NCBI GenBank assembly: GCA_963729625.1
Contig: CAVSOU010000010.1
Coordinates: 736,001-800,000, forward strand
Direction: 5' to 3'
DNA: 64,000 bases
Source: an uncultured bacterium
GTDB lineage: Bacteria; Chloroflexota; UBA5177; JANWHV01
The position numbers and the translations under genes are program-made. Shown piece after piece: positions 19,695 through 28,913 of the stretch (the first letter of the stretch is position 1; each line of letters opens with the position of its first letter). The notes under the pieces are model-generated. The model made no database searches and was not told the DNA's origin. It saw nothing but the letters and a program-made list of their open reading frames with translations.

Positions 19695-21373
19695 TGATCG
19701 TCGGCGGCGTCGCCGGCGGCGCCAGCGCCGCGGCCCGCGCGCGCAGGCTCTCCGAGGACGCCAGCATCGTGCTCTTCGAGCGCAGCCCCCATGTCTCCTT
19801 CGCCAACTGCGGGCTGCCTTACCATATCGGTGGCGTGATCGAGGAGCGAGAACGCTTGCTGATCCAGACGCCCGAGAGTCTGTACCAGCGCTTCAACATC
19901 GACGTCCGGGTGAACACCGAGGTGGTGTCCATCGATACCGCGGCGCAGGTGGTGGTGGCCAGGAACCTGAAGACGGGGGAGGAAACCCGGGAGCCCTATG
20001 ACGCGCTCGTGCTGAGCCCGGGCGCGTCCCCGATCGTGCCACCTATCCCAGGCGTTGACGACAGGCGCATCTTCACCCTGCGGAATATCGAGGACATGGA
20101 TGGCATCCTTGGCGCTCTCGCCACCCCAGGCATGGCTCGGGCTCTCGTGGTGGGGGCTGGCTACATCGGGCTGGAATTGGCGGAACAGCTCCGGCACCGG
20201 GGTCTGGCTGTGGCCGTGGTCGAACGGTTGCCTCACGTGTTGGGCGTGGCGGACGCGGAGATGACCTTCCCCCTGCAGGAGGAGTTGGTCCGGCAGGGGG
20301 TGGATTTGCGCCTGAACCAGGCCGTGACCGCCTTCCAGAGGGAGGGTGACGGATTGATAGCGATCCTGAACAACGGCGATCGTATTGCCTGCGATATGGC
20401 CGTGATGAGCGTGGGTGTGCGTCCGGAAACGCGACTGGCGCGAGAAGCGGGACTCGCGCTCGGCAGGACCGGCGGCATTCTGGTGGACGACCAGATGCGT
20501 ACCAGCATGCAGAATATATACGCCGTGGGTGACGCGGTGGAGATAAGAGACTTCGTGAGCGGCGATCAGGCGCTGATCCCGCTGGCCGGGCCCGCTAATC
20601 GTCAGGGCCGCATAGCGGCGGAGGTGATCTTTGGCCGCGCCAGCCGGTACAAAGCGACCCAGGGCACGGCTATCTGCAAGGTCTTCGACCTCACGTTCGC
20701 CATGACCGGGCTGTCTGAAGCCTCATTGCAACGCAAGGGCTTACCCTACCGCCGCATCTACGTGCATCCCGCCGACCACGCGACCTACTACCCCGGCGCG
20801 CACGCCATCTCGCTCAAGCTCCTCTTCGACCCGGAGAGCGGACGGATCCTCGGGGCACAGGCGGTGGGCGAGGCGGGTGTCGACAAGAGAATTGACGTCC
20901 TCGCGGTGGCGCAGCGCGCCGGCATGACCGTCTTCGATCTGGAGGATCTCGAGCTCTGCTATGCTCCGCCCTTCGGCAGCGCCAAGGATGTGGTGAACAT
21001 GGCAGGCTTCGTGGCGTCCAACGTGCTTCGCGGCGATGTGGCGCTCTGGGAGCCGGAGGAACTGGCCTCACTGACCGATCACCAGACGCTGTTGGACGTG
21101 CGCAGTGTCCGGGAGTATGCGCTTGGCACGATCCCCGGTGCCACCTGCTTGCCGGTGGACGACCTGAGGGATCACCTGGACGACCTGCCGAAGGACAAGG
21201 AATTGCTCGTCCTCTGCCAGGTGGGTCTGCGCGGCTATGTGGCAGCCCGTCTGCTGACCCAACATGGGTTCACCGTGCGCAATCTCTCTGGCGGCTATCG
21301 CCGGTACACCATGTGGAAAGGCACTCAGGCCGTGCAGCCCATACGTGAAGCTGCGCTCGCGAGCGCGGTTTGA
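19673..21373 (+). CDS. CoA-disulfide/persulfide reductase with C-terminal rhodanese domain (CoADR-RHD)
   Basis: GGVAGGAS, SFANCGLPY, GAGYIG, YAPPF, C-terminal LDVR...CQVGLRG. Confidence 0.93.
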   Translation: MSDSLRLVIVGGVAGGASAAARARRLSEDASIVLFERSPHVSFANCGLPYHIGGVIEERERLLIQTPESLYQRFNIDVRVNTEVVSIDTAAQVVVARNLKTGEETREPYDALVLSPGASPIVPPIPGVDDRRIFTLRNIEDMDGILGALATPGMARALVVGAGYIGLELAEQLRHRGLAVAVVERLPHVLGVADAEMTFPLQEELVRQGVDLRLNQAVTAFQREGDGLIAILNNGDRIACDMAVMSVGVRPETRLAREAGLALGRTGGILVDDQMRTSMQNIYAVGDAVEIRDFVSGDQALIPLAGPANRQGRIAAEVIFGRASRYKATQGTAICKVFDLTFAMTGLSEASLQRKGLPYRRIYVHPADHATYYPGAHAISLKLLFDPESGRILGAQAVGEAGVDKRIDVLAVAQRAGMTVFDLEDLELCYAPPFGSAKDVVNMAGFVASNVLRGDVALWEPEELASLTDHQTLLDVRSVREYALGTIPGATCLPVDDLRDHLDDLPKDKELLVLCQVGLRGYVAARLLTQHGFTVRNLSGGYRRYTMWKGTQAVQPIREAALASAV

Positions 21374-21794
21374 GGCTAGGCGATCTATAGCAATTCACCT
21401 ATCCCAGCGCCGTCTCACGCCACCAGAGAGAATGTGCCCCATGCACACTTCCACTCCCAACCAGATCAGTGAGTGGGCAACCTTGACGGCAAGCAATGGC
21501 GAGGCTCTGACATTATCGCATTCCGCTAGGCCGACGATGGCTTGGTTTGCGATTGCAGTCGCATCGCGGCACTCGCGTGGCTGCGGCAGTCCAAGGAGCT
21601 TCGGACAACGCATACCGCCAAGGAAGCCGCGCAAGGCCGCTGGAGGGAGGTCATCAGAGCTACGAATGTCAGACGCCACGTTCACGCGCCCATCTCTGTT
21701 TGCCGCAACATTGCTCGGCCTTTCGCATCAGTATTTGTTGCCGGCAAGGATGCGATTCTGCTGGCGTGACGCAAGTCACAGCCACCGAGTGTGC

Positions 21795-22751
21795 CTAGAG
21801 TGACAGCGTCGTGCCCACGCTGTTGGCGACGAATGCGTCGGGCATCGTCCGAGCAATCTGGTGCGTGGCGATCCAGCCTGTGCAGTGCCCGGGCATCACA
21901 AATCTCGGGCCAATAGCCTGCAGCGCCGCGATCGTCGGCGGAATACGCGACTCGAACATGGCGCCGCTGAGATGGAAGCCGCCAACCACCGCGTATATCG
22001 CCGGAACACCAGTCAACAGCTGAGCGTTCCGGATCACGTTGATGATGCCGGAATGTCCGCAGCCTGTCACGATGACCAGGCCCTTGTCGCGCACGTTGGC
22101 AATAGCACACTGATCATCCATGATCAAGGGGTCGGGCTCCCAGACACCCTGACGCCTGGCTTGATGGATCGGAAAGCCCGTCTCGAACCGGGTGGTGCGG
22201 GCTACCTCGCCCGAGACGAGTAGCATGTCGTCCACCAGCATCGAGGGGCCAGCCTCCTCGATCAGCGCGATGTGCTCTCGCTCCAGGTCCGATTTTCGGG
22301 GCGGAGGCAGGCGCTGCAACTCCTCGCCCGTGGGCAGGATCACGCGTCGTTCGAGATACGCGTCGGGGTGCAGGATCAGGGGAACGTTGCGCGAGCCGAG
22401 GCGATCAATCAGGCCGGGGAGACCCATGGCGTGGTCGGCATGGCCGTGACTGAGGACTATCGCCTGAATATCGCGCGCGTTGATCCCCAGCACATCCAGG
22501 TTGCGCAGGATGCCCGTCCGGCTCACTCCGGTGTCGAACAGGACGACACCCGTGCGACCATCACGTTCCACCTCGATCAGGGCTGAGAAGCCGTGTTCGG
22601 CGAGCGGCGTCTCATGTTCAAAGAAATCGAGACGCAGCGGAAAACGCCGGACCACCTCGTTTCCGGCCATCAAGACGTCAAACGTGTTGTCCATGACCAG
22701 CGTGACGCGGACGGCGTCGACCGGAGACAGGGAAATCGTTTGCTGAGGCAT
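21795..22751 (-). CDS. MBL-fold metallo-hydrolase
   Basis: AEHGFS, FDTG, SHGHADH, TGCGHSG, GGFHL, PGHCTG. Confidence 0.9.
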   Translation of the reverse strand: MPQQTISLSPVDAVRVTLVMDNTFDVLMAGNEVVRRFPLRLDFFEHETPLAEHGFSALIEVERDGRTGVVLFDTGVSRTGILRNLDVLGINARDIQAIVLSHGHADHAMGLPGLIDRLGSRNVPLILHPDAYLERRVILPTGEELQRLPPPRKSDLEREHIALIEEAGPSMLVDDMLLVSGEVARTTRFETGFPIHQARRQGVWEPDPLIMDDQCAIANVRDKGLVIVTGCGHSGIINVIRNAQLLTGVPAIYAVVGGFHLSGAMFESRIPPTIAALQAIGPRFVMPGHCTGWIATHQIARTMPDAFVANSVGTTLSL

Positions 22752-22922
22752 TGCATTGCTCCTCCGGACTTCACATGATCCTTTGTCCACAGCATAGCGA
22801 ATCAACCGCAAGCCTCATATCCGGCACCGTAGAAGCGCCTCTGCATGGCTAGGACATGCCGGGGCGCTGCAACCAAGACCGCCTGTCGGAGCTTGTCGCC
22901 TGTTCCCACAAGGTGCCGCACG

Positions 22923-22971
22923 TTGACGTCGCGCGGGCGTAGCCTGTACAGTTGTAATTGGCATATGCCAA
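22923..22971 (+). promoter_or_regulatory. Promoter with palindrome TTGGCATATGCCAA upstream of the DUF134 gene
   Basis: TTGACG-18-TACAGT; perfect 14-bp palindrome at 22958-22971. Confidence 0.55.
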
Positions 22972-22989
22972 GAACCTGGGGGGTTGGTT

Positions 22990-23316
22990 ATGGCTCGCCC
23001 GATCATGTGTCGCAGGATCAACTGCTCGCCTGCCGCCCGCTATTTCAAGCCGCGAGGCATTCCCATGACGGAGCTTGAAGAGGTGTTATTGACACTGGAC
23101 GAGCTCGAAGCAGTGCGACTGGCCGATCGCCATGGCCTCTATCAAGAAGCGGCCGCCGCGCAGATGGGCGTGTCGCGCCAGACGTTCGGCAACATCCTGA
23201 CCAGCGCCCATCGCAAGGTGGCGGAGGCGTTGCTCGACGGTAAGGCGCTTCGCATCGCGGATGCACCGCACTGGCCCCCCTCGATCGCTCGTCAACCCAA
23301 TCTGGAGGAGTCATGA
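22990..23316 (+). CDS. DUF134 domain DNA-binding protein
   Basis: MARP-x2-CRRI...YFKPRG...LTLDELEAVRLAD...MGVSRQTF. Confidence 0.92.
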   Translation: MARPIMCRRINCSPAARYFKPRGIPMTELEEVLLTLDELEAVRLADRHGLYQEAAAAQMGVSRQTFGNILTSAHRKVAEALLDGKALRIADAPHWPPSIARQPNLEES

Positions 23317-23690
23317 AAGTCTGTTTCCCTGTGCTGCATCCCCAAGGTCTGGACTCGGTCATCAGTCGCCACTTCGGTACGGCACCCCACTTCATGGTGT
23401 ACGACACCGATAGACAGGAACCGTCCGTCGTGTCGGCTGAAGGCGACGGCTCCTGCCAGTGCGGATCGCCGCTGCTAACAAACCTCGACGTCGACGCCGT
23501 GGTCTGCGGAGGCATCGGTGCCGGTGCCATAAAGCGGCTGTCCGCACGCGGTATCAAGGTCTATGCAACCGAAGCCGCGACGGTGGCTCTGTCGTTGGGT
23601 CTGCTCACACAGGGTCTGCTCACAGAGGTGATCGACGGCACCTGCCACGCCGATCACGGCCAAAGCACTCACGGCTGCCATGCGCAGTGA
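23313..23690 (+). CDS. NifB/NifX-family Fe-Mo cofactor-binding domain protein
   Basis: HFGTAPHF, CGGIGAGA, His/Cys tail; ATGA overlap with DUF134. Confidence 0.88.
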   Translation: MKVCFPVLHPQGLDSVISRHFGTAPHFMVYDTDRQEPSVVSAEGDGSCQCGSPLLTNLDVDAVVCGGIGAGAIKRLSARGIKVYATEAATVALSLGLLTQGLLTEVIDGTCHADHGQSTHGCHAQ

Positions 23691-24002
23691 GAGCACGCAA
23701 CGCGCTGGTTGTTGCGTGGTACGGGCCCACGCCGCTGGTCAAGAACCCAGCCGCCTGGTTTTGGTGCTGGGGAGAGGCCGGACGCGTCGCGGGGTACGAA
23801 CAAGGGCCAGCGGCTGGATGTGCAGGGACCGACTGAGCTCGCTTCCGAGGATCGATTGCGTTGCACGCCTCGGTCGTACGGTGGAACAGTGGTTTCTAAC
23901 TGCACTGAGCGTACAAACTAGTTCAGCCCATCGGGCTTGCTGCGCGTCGCCGATGGGCCTCGTGGAGAGGCAGGCGGCGCGCTGAAAGATGATGAAGGAC
24001 AG

Positions 24003-24995
24003 ATGGCCAAGATCGATGAGCGCGGCACAACTACCCCAACACGACAAGATCGAACTCAGGCTGAATCCCCATCAACCCGAGATAGTCGCGGGAAAGCACG
24101 ACAAGCGCACCAAGATGGCCAGGCGGCCCAAACTGGTCGCGGCAAACAGCGTCGTGAGGCGATGAGACGCGCCACGCAGCCGTGGTGGCGGCGCCGTGTG
24201 GCGATCGGTGGCGGGGGGATCGTGGTTCTCGCGATCGTGGTCACCGTCTTCGTCGCCTTCTCCCATCAAGGTGGCTCAACTGGTGACACGCAGATAGGCA
24301 CCCTCGCGCCGACCGACCTCGTGCAGAAAGTGGCGACGACCAATCCAGTTATCATCGCGGCGGTTGGCGGCGGCAAGCTGCCGACGGGTGACACGCTGCC
24401 TCCGCCAATCCACGCAATCGCAGGCCCTGCGCTCACGGCAAACGGCAAGCCTGAGTTGCTTTTCATCGGCGGTGAATACTGCTCGCACTGCGCTGGCCTG
24501 CGCTGGAGCGTGATCAACGCTCTGGGCCGGTTCGGTACTTTCTCCAATCTGCAGTACATGCGCACGTCGGATGACTATGGCGACCTGGCGACGCTCGACT
24601 TCTACTACAGCGCCTACAGCAGCCCGTACGTGAGTTTCGTGCCGGTGGAGAACAGAGACCGCGCCGCGAATGAGCTTCAGCCCCTCACCACCGACCAAGC
24701 GCAGCTGCTCGACACGGTTGGCGGCAGCACATACCCACTGCTGGACATCGCCGGCCAGTATACGAACGACGCGAAAGGTGCCTATGGAGGCGGCTATGAC
24801 TTCAGTGTCCTGGATGGGAAGGACTGGTCGCAGATTGTAGGCGCCTTGAGCACTGCCGGCGATCCGATCACGGAAGGAATAGTCGGCACCGGGAACTACA
24901 TCACCGCTGCCCTCTGCCGAGCGACCCACGACCAGCCGAGCAGCGCGTGCAATGCTCCCACGATCCAACGGCTGAAGAAGCAGCTGGCACCGTAG
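24003..24995 (+). CDS. DUF929 family membrane-anchored thioredoxin-like protein
   Basis: TM helix; KPELLFIGGEYCSHCAGLRW...ALGRFGTFSNL; ITAALC. Confidence 0.85.
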   Translation: MAKIDERGTTTPTRQDRTQAESPSTRDSRGKARQAHQDGQAAQTGRGKQRREAMRRATQPWWRRRVAIGGGGIVVLAIVVTVFVAFSHQGGSTGDTQIGTLAPTDLVQKVATTNPVIIAAVGGGKLPTGDTLPPPIHAIAGPALTANGKPELLFIGGEYCSHCAGLRWSVINALGRFGTFSNLQYMRTSDDYGDLATLDFYYSAYSSPYVSFVPVENRDRAANELQPLTTDQAQLLDTVGGSTYPLLDIAGQYTNDAKGAYGGGYDFSVLDGKDWSQIVGALSTAGDPITEGIVGTGNYITAALCRATHDQPSSACNAPTIQRLKKQLAP

Positions 24996-25236
24996 CCGTG
25001 CGATGGCGGCGACCCGGCTATGCATGCCACGCCGATCTCAACTGCACGCACGCGTACGGCGCCACGGGAGCCCTGATGAGACGGCACGCGACTGGATAGC
25101 GCTCGCACTGCAGCCGGGGATAGAGGACAAGCGTGCGAGACCCGTTGTACGCTGCTACGACGCTCAAGACAACTGGCGCAAGACGTGTGTTCGGGCTGGA
25201 CAGATCGACATACCACCAATCGGGTAGCCCAAGGGC

Positions 25237-25593
25237 TCACGGAGAAGCTGTCATGCCCGCCAACACAGTGGATAAGGCGTCGACGCCGCCCTGATAGTAG
25301 GCGACCCATTGCACCGGCGGGTGCTCTTGCTGCTGGGACGCGGCAAGGTGGCCGCCCCAATCAGCCACCAGGGCCTCCACGCCGACACGAAGGTCGCGTG
25401 CATCCCGGGCTCGCGCGAGGCGCTTTGCCGCCAGGAGGGCGTACAGCTGCCCTTCGTCATACTTGAGGCCGCCGGTCATTCGTCCGCTCTTCTGCAGCTG
25501 GCAGAGCGCGACGCCCCCGGTCTTGCCCGCAAACGATCGCTCGACTGCTGCAACTCGTTCCTCGATGAACAACTGGACGGCGTGTGTCTCCAT
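25237..25593 (-). CDS. Hypothetical protein downstream of the CsoR-family gene
   Basis: 118-aa helical ORF, single Cys, KYDEG motif; GAGGGA RBS-like sequence. Confidence 0.6.
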   Translation of the reverse strand: METHAVQLFIEERVAAVERSFAGKTGGVALCQLQKSGRMTGGLKYDEGQLYALLAAKRLARARDARDLRVGVEALVADWGGHLAASQQQEHPPVQWVAYYQGGVDALSTVLAGMTASP

Positions 25594-25848
25594 GAGGCCG
25601 TCCCTCGCCATTCTCCGCCGGAGCAGTGTGTGAGCGTAACTGCGCGGTGCCCGACACTTACGCGCTCTTGGACCGTGCCGTAGCCGCAGGTACGTCGGCA
25701 TGTCGTCCTCTCACGTGGTGGGGTGCGCAGGCGGAACGGTGTCACCCGCAGCCTATGGGGCCCGAGGTCCGCCTTCGTCTTGTTCTACATCGTCGGGGTA
25801 GCGCTCAGCAGGCTGCGAGCCAGCGCGGAAGCCCGATAGCCCTGGACG

Positions 25849-26115
25849 CTAGATGTGGGTCAGCAAAGCGATGCTGCCGGCAATCGCGCGCCGCTCCTTC
25901 TCGGGCACGGAGACGAGGCACTCGTCCACGCTGTCAGCTACCACCGCGGCGGCGACCTTCTCCAGTGCCGCGCGCGCTGCCAGTATCTGGGTGAGAATCT
26001 GGTCGCACTGGCGTCCCTCGCGTACCATCTTGCCGATGCCGTGCACTTGCCCCTCAACACGAGCGAGGCGATCCAGGACGCTGTCGTTGGCCTCCCTCCT
26101 TGATCGTTCTTCCAT
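25849..26115 (-). CDS. CsoR/RcnR-family repressor, CstR-like (Cys-Cys without Cu-binding His)
   Basis: RLARVEGQVHGI-x2-M...C-x2-ILTQI-x-A-x3-AL...DSVDEC. Confidence 0.9.
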   Translation of the reverse strand: MEERSRREANDSVLDRLARVEGQVHGIGKMVREGRQCDQILTQILAARAALEKVAAAVVADSVDECLVSVPEKERRAIAGSIALLTHI

Positions 26116-26150
26116 GACCTTGCCTTCCTTTCAGCCGTGCTTACGCCGCT

Positions 26151-26179
26151 ATTATACCATACCCCCCTATGGTATTCAA
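26151..26179 (-). promoter_or_regulatory. Autoregulatory operator and promoter of the CsoR-family gene
   Basis: TTGAAT-17-TATAAT containing ATACCATAGGGGGGTAT. Confidence 0.88.
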
Positions 26180-26319
26180 GTGGCTTAGCCTCTGGGCGCA
26201 TCCCGTTGGTCGGCCTGGGCTTCGCAGCCGCTACTCCCGCCGGCCGCGACAGGTAGCGCGAGATCGGCGCGAGGCGCAAGGCACCGCCGACGAGTTGCCG
26301 GCCCGCAACCCCGTTCATC

Positions 26320-26520
26320 GCTGCCGCCGCGCCCCGATCGCCGCCGGCCGCCTGGGCGCCGCGCTCCATCGTCTGCAGGCGGGCCTCGGTCTGCGCCAGA
26401 TGCAATCCATATCGTTCCCCCAGGGCAAGTGCCAGTCGTATATCTTTGGCCATGTTCTCAAGCGTGAACCGAGGCGCGAAGTCCCCAGCAGCCATGAGAC
26501 CGGCTTTGCCAACCATCAGC
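26320..26520 (-). pseudogene. C-terminal remnant of 3-hydroxyisobutyrate-dehydrogenase-type oxidoreductase
   Basis: GDFAPRFTLENMAKDIRLAL motif only. Confidence 0.6.
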
Positions 26521-26544
26521 CGCTCGGGCAGACGCGAGTCGGTG

Positions 26545-26758
26545 CACCTGCTTCACCGATCCAAAGGGGGTGCTTCGGGCCATGCTGTACTACCCGCTGA
26601 GCACCGAACGCAACGTCGACGAGCTGCTCCGGGTGGTCGATGCGTTGCAGACGACCGACGCACACGGCGTGTCGATGCCGGCTAATTGTCGCCCAGGCGA
26701 CAGCGTCGTCGTACCGGCTCCTGTCACGATGGAGCCACTCGACACCGAAGAAGCCTAG
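26545..26758 (+). pseudogene. Peroxiredoxin (Prx6-type) C-terminal remnant
   Basis: DPKGVLRAMLYYPLST-x-RNVDELLRVVDALQTTD...PAN-x-RPGD. Confidence 0.8.
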
Positions 26759-26804
26759 AAGCAGGACTCCGACTACAAGCGGTGGAACTTGAGCTCAGGA
26801 AGAT

Positions 26805-26966
26805 TTAGTGCTTTCTCACCATGCGCAGCATCTTGAAGTTGATGACCACGAATCGGAAGAATTGCCAGACCGGATTTGTGCGCATCGCCCGAGTAAGAGG
26901 CAGCGGAACCGGCGGATAGTAAGTCTGCTCGTAGGGTTGGCGCTCGCCGTGAGGTAAATCGGACAT
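26805..26966 (-). CDS. Small 53-aa protein downstream of sqr
   Basis: GGGAGG RBS; MSDLPHGERQPYEQTYYPPVPLPLTRAMRTNPVWQFFRFVVINFKMLRMVRKH; below the ORF-track size cutoff. Confidence 0.75.
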   Translation of the reverse strand: MSDLPHGERQPYEQTYYPPVPLPLTRAMRTNPVWQFFRFVVINFKMLRMVRKH

Positions 26967-27039
26967 TAGCGATTCCTCCCGTTAGCTGGGGTCGAGGCGT
27001 ACTCCTTACATCGATGAAGTGCTTCTAGAGAAACGTGCG

Positions 27040-28497
27040 TCATTCTGGAACAATGCGCCAGAGCGGATTGGCCTTTGCTTTGTAGATGAAGGCATAATGG
27101 AGCAACCGCTTGATCCAGTGACCTGCCAGGCCTATCTCTCCAGACGTGTACCGGAGATTGCGCCCTGTTTGGGGAAAGCGCTGATAGTCTGGCACGATCG
27201 GATACATCGTCATCGAGACCGCTGTTCCGTTGATGAAGTTGGAGCCGGTAGACGCGATACAGGCTGCGCCCATCTTTGCCAGCGACGCCTGGCGTGTCGG
27301 CACAGCGCTCTTCCCCTTGATCATGTCCACGATGTTCAGCGCTACCTGTCTGGCCATGACACCGGACGGCATGCCGGTCCGCGGCGGAGCAGAGAAGATC
27401 GGCGTTCCTGCCGGGCTCTTCATCGGTTTGGAAATAGCGTGCGGCGGCGCGAACGCAATCCCGACCGCGAATACGTTGCCATACTTCGGGCTCTGATACG
27501 TCTTCGGCCAATCCTCCGGCGACCACTCCTCGTACGGTTTGGGCTCGTACGCCCCATCCACGAGCATGAAGCCGCTCTTGGCAAACAGCGTGCTGGTGAT
27601 GTCCGTGCCATCCCTGGCAATTGCCGTGAGCCCCACGCCGGCAAACGGCGGCAGGAGCATGGAGAAGTCTGTCTGCAGGGTCCGTTCCTCACCATCGAGG
27701 TTCTCGTAGGAGATCGAGTTCTTCTCGACTTCTTTCACATGCGCACGGGTGATCCAGCGAATGCCGCGCTCCGTGTAGAGTGACTCCGTGAAGATGCGTG
27801 AGTGGGTGACATAGCCGCCTCGCTTGATATGCATCCCACCGATGCCGAAGTCCCCAAGCTCGTGCTCATTGGAAATCCAGACGATGTCCGCCCTATCTCG
27901 AACTTTTCTGCGCACCAGCTCGTGCTCGACATTGAACAGGTACTCGAATGCGGCTCCCTGGCAGGTACACGTCCCGTGACCGGTGCCAATGACGAGCGTC
28001 TTCTTCTCACCGCGCTTCATGCGCTCGACAAGCTCATCCAGAGCCCTGGAGGTCTGTGCCGCGTGGTCGTAGGTGCACACGGAGTAACTATTGTGTTTGG
28101 GGCCCAGGCCCACCGTCGCCTCGAAGTTGAGCTTCGGGCCGGTAGCATTGATCAGGTAGTCGTAGCCGACCGTATCCTGCTGCCCCTTCTTCTCTGGTGA
28201 GGTGAATTCTACGGTCACAAACGGCTGCGCGTGGGTGGCATCCCCTTCAGGATGGATACTGACGGCCTTCGCCTGGTGATAGGTAATGCCCGTCTTCTTG
28301 TACACCGGTGCCAGCGGAAAGGTAACCTGCTCGGGCTTCATCAACCCGACGCCCACCCAAATATTCGAGGGGATCCAGTTCCAGAGGCTGTTTGGCGTGA
28401 CGACGATTACCTCATGGCCGCGCTTCAGATGCATCTTGGCATAGAGTGCAGCCGTCTGACCGGCGATCCCTCCACCGAGAATCACGACACGCGCCAT
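27040..28497 (-). CDS. sqr: Sulfide:quinone oxidoreductase
   Basis: GGGIAG FAD motif, WIPSNIWVGVG, INATGP, SVCT, CTCQGAAFEY, PPRTGMPS, ACIAS. Confidence 0.88.
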   Translation of the reverse strand: MARVVILGGGIAGQTAALYAKMHLKRGHEVIVVTPNSLWNWIPSNIWVGVGLMKPEQVTFPLAPVYKKTGITYHQAKAVSIHPEGDATHAQPFVTVEFTSPEKKGQQDTVGYDYLINATGPKLNFEATVGLGPKHNSYSVCTYDHAAQTSRALDELVERMKRGEKKTLVIGTGHGTCTCQGAAFEYLFNVEHELVRRKVRDRADIVWISNEHELGDFGIGGMHIKRGGYVTHSRIFTESLYTERGIRWITRAHVKEVEKNSISYENLDGEERTLQTDFSMLLPPFAGVGLTAIARDGTDITSTLFAKSGFMLVDGAYEPKPYEEWSPEDWPKTYQSPKYGNVFAVGIAFAPPHAISKPMKSPAGTPIFSAPPRTGMPSGVMARQVALNIVDMIKGKSAVPTRQASLAKMGAACIASTGSNFINGTAVSMTMYPIVPDYQRFPQTGRNLRYTSGEIGLAGHWIKRLLHYAFIYKAKANPLWRIVPE

Positions 28498-28736
28498 ATA
28501 CTCCTCCTCACGCTTGGCCTAAGAGCTCATGGCTAAAGTATCAGCGCATCGGACGATAGCGGCTCACCGGTGCGCGCGTACCTGCCTCACGCATGCCTCA
28601 CTCTACCACGCCACCGAGTGCTTGGCATCTTCACAACTCAGACTCCATCGAGTCGTCCGTTCTTCTCCGAGACCTGCAGTCGACGTGAAGCTTTGCAAGT
28701 AACCAGGCAAATGGCTACATAAACCACGAATCGGTG

Positions 28737-28913
28737 TCACACCCCCAGGTTCTTTAGGAATCTCAAATAGAAGGCTGCAAACACCACGACAATGCCGATG
28801 TTCACTATCAGACGTTCCCAGAATCGATTCTTGAAGAACAGTAAATCTACACTAACGACGACGGCAATCAACACGACAAGGTAAGGCACGACAGACATCT
28901 TCCTTATCGGCAT
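28737..28913 (-). CDS. Small two-TM hypothetical protein (58 aa)
   Basis: GAAAGGAG RBS; MPIRKMSVVPYLVVLIAVVVSVDLLFFKNRFWERLIVNIGIVVVFAAFYLRFLKNLGV. Confidence 0.7.
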   Translation of the reverse strand: MPIRKMSVVPYLVVLIAVVVSVDLLFFKNRFWERLIVNIGIVVVFAAFYLRFLKNLGV

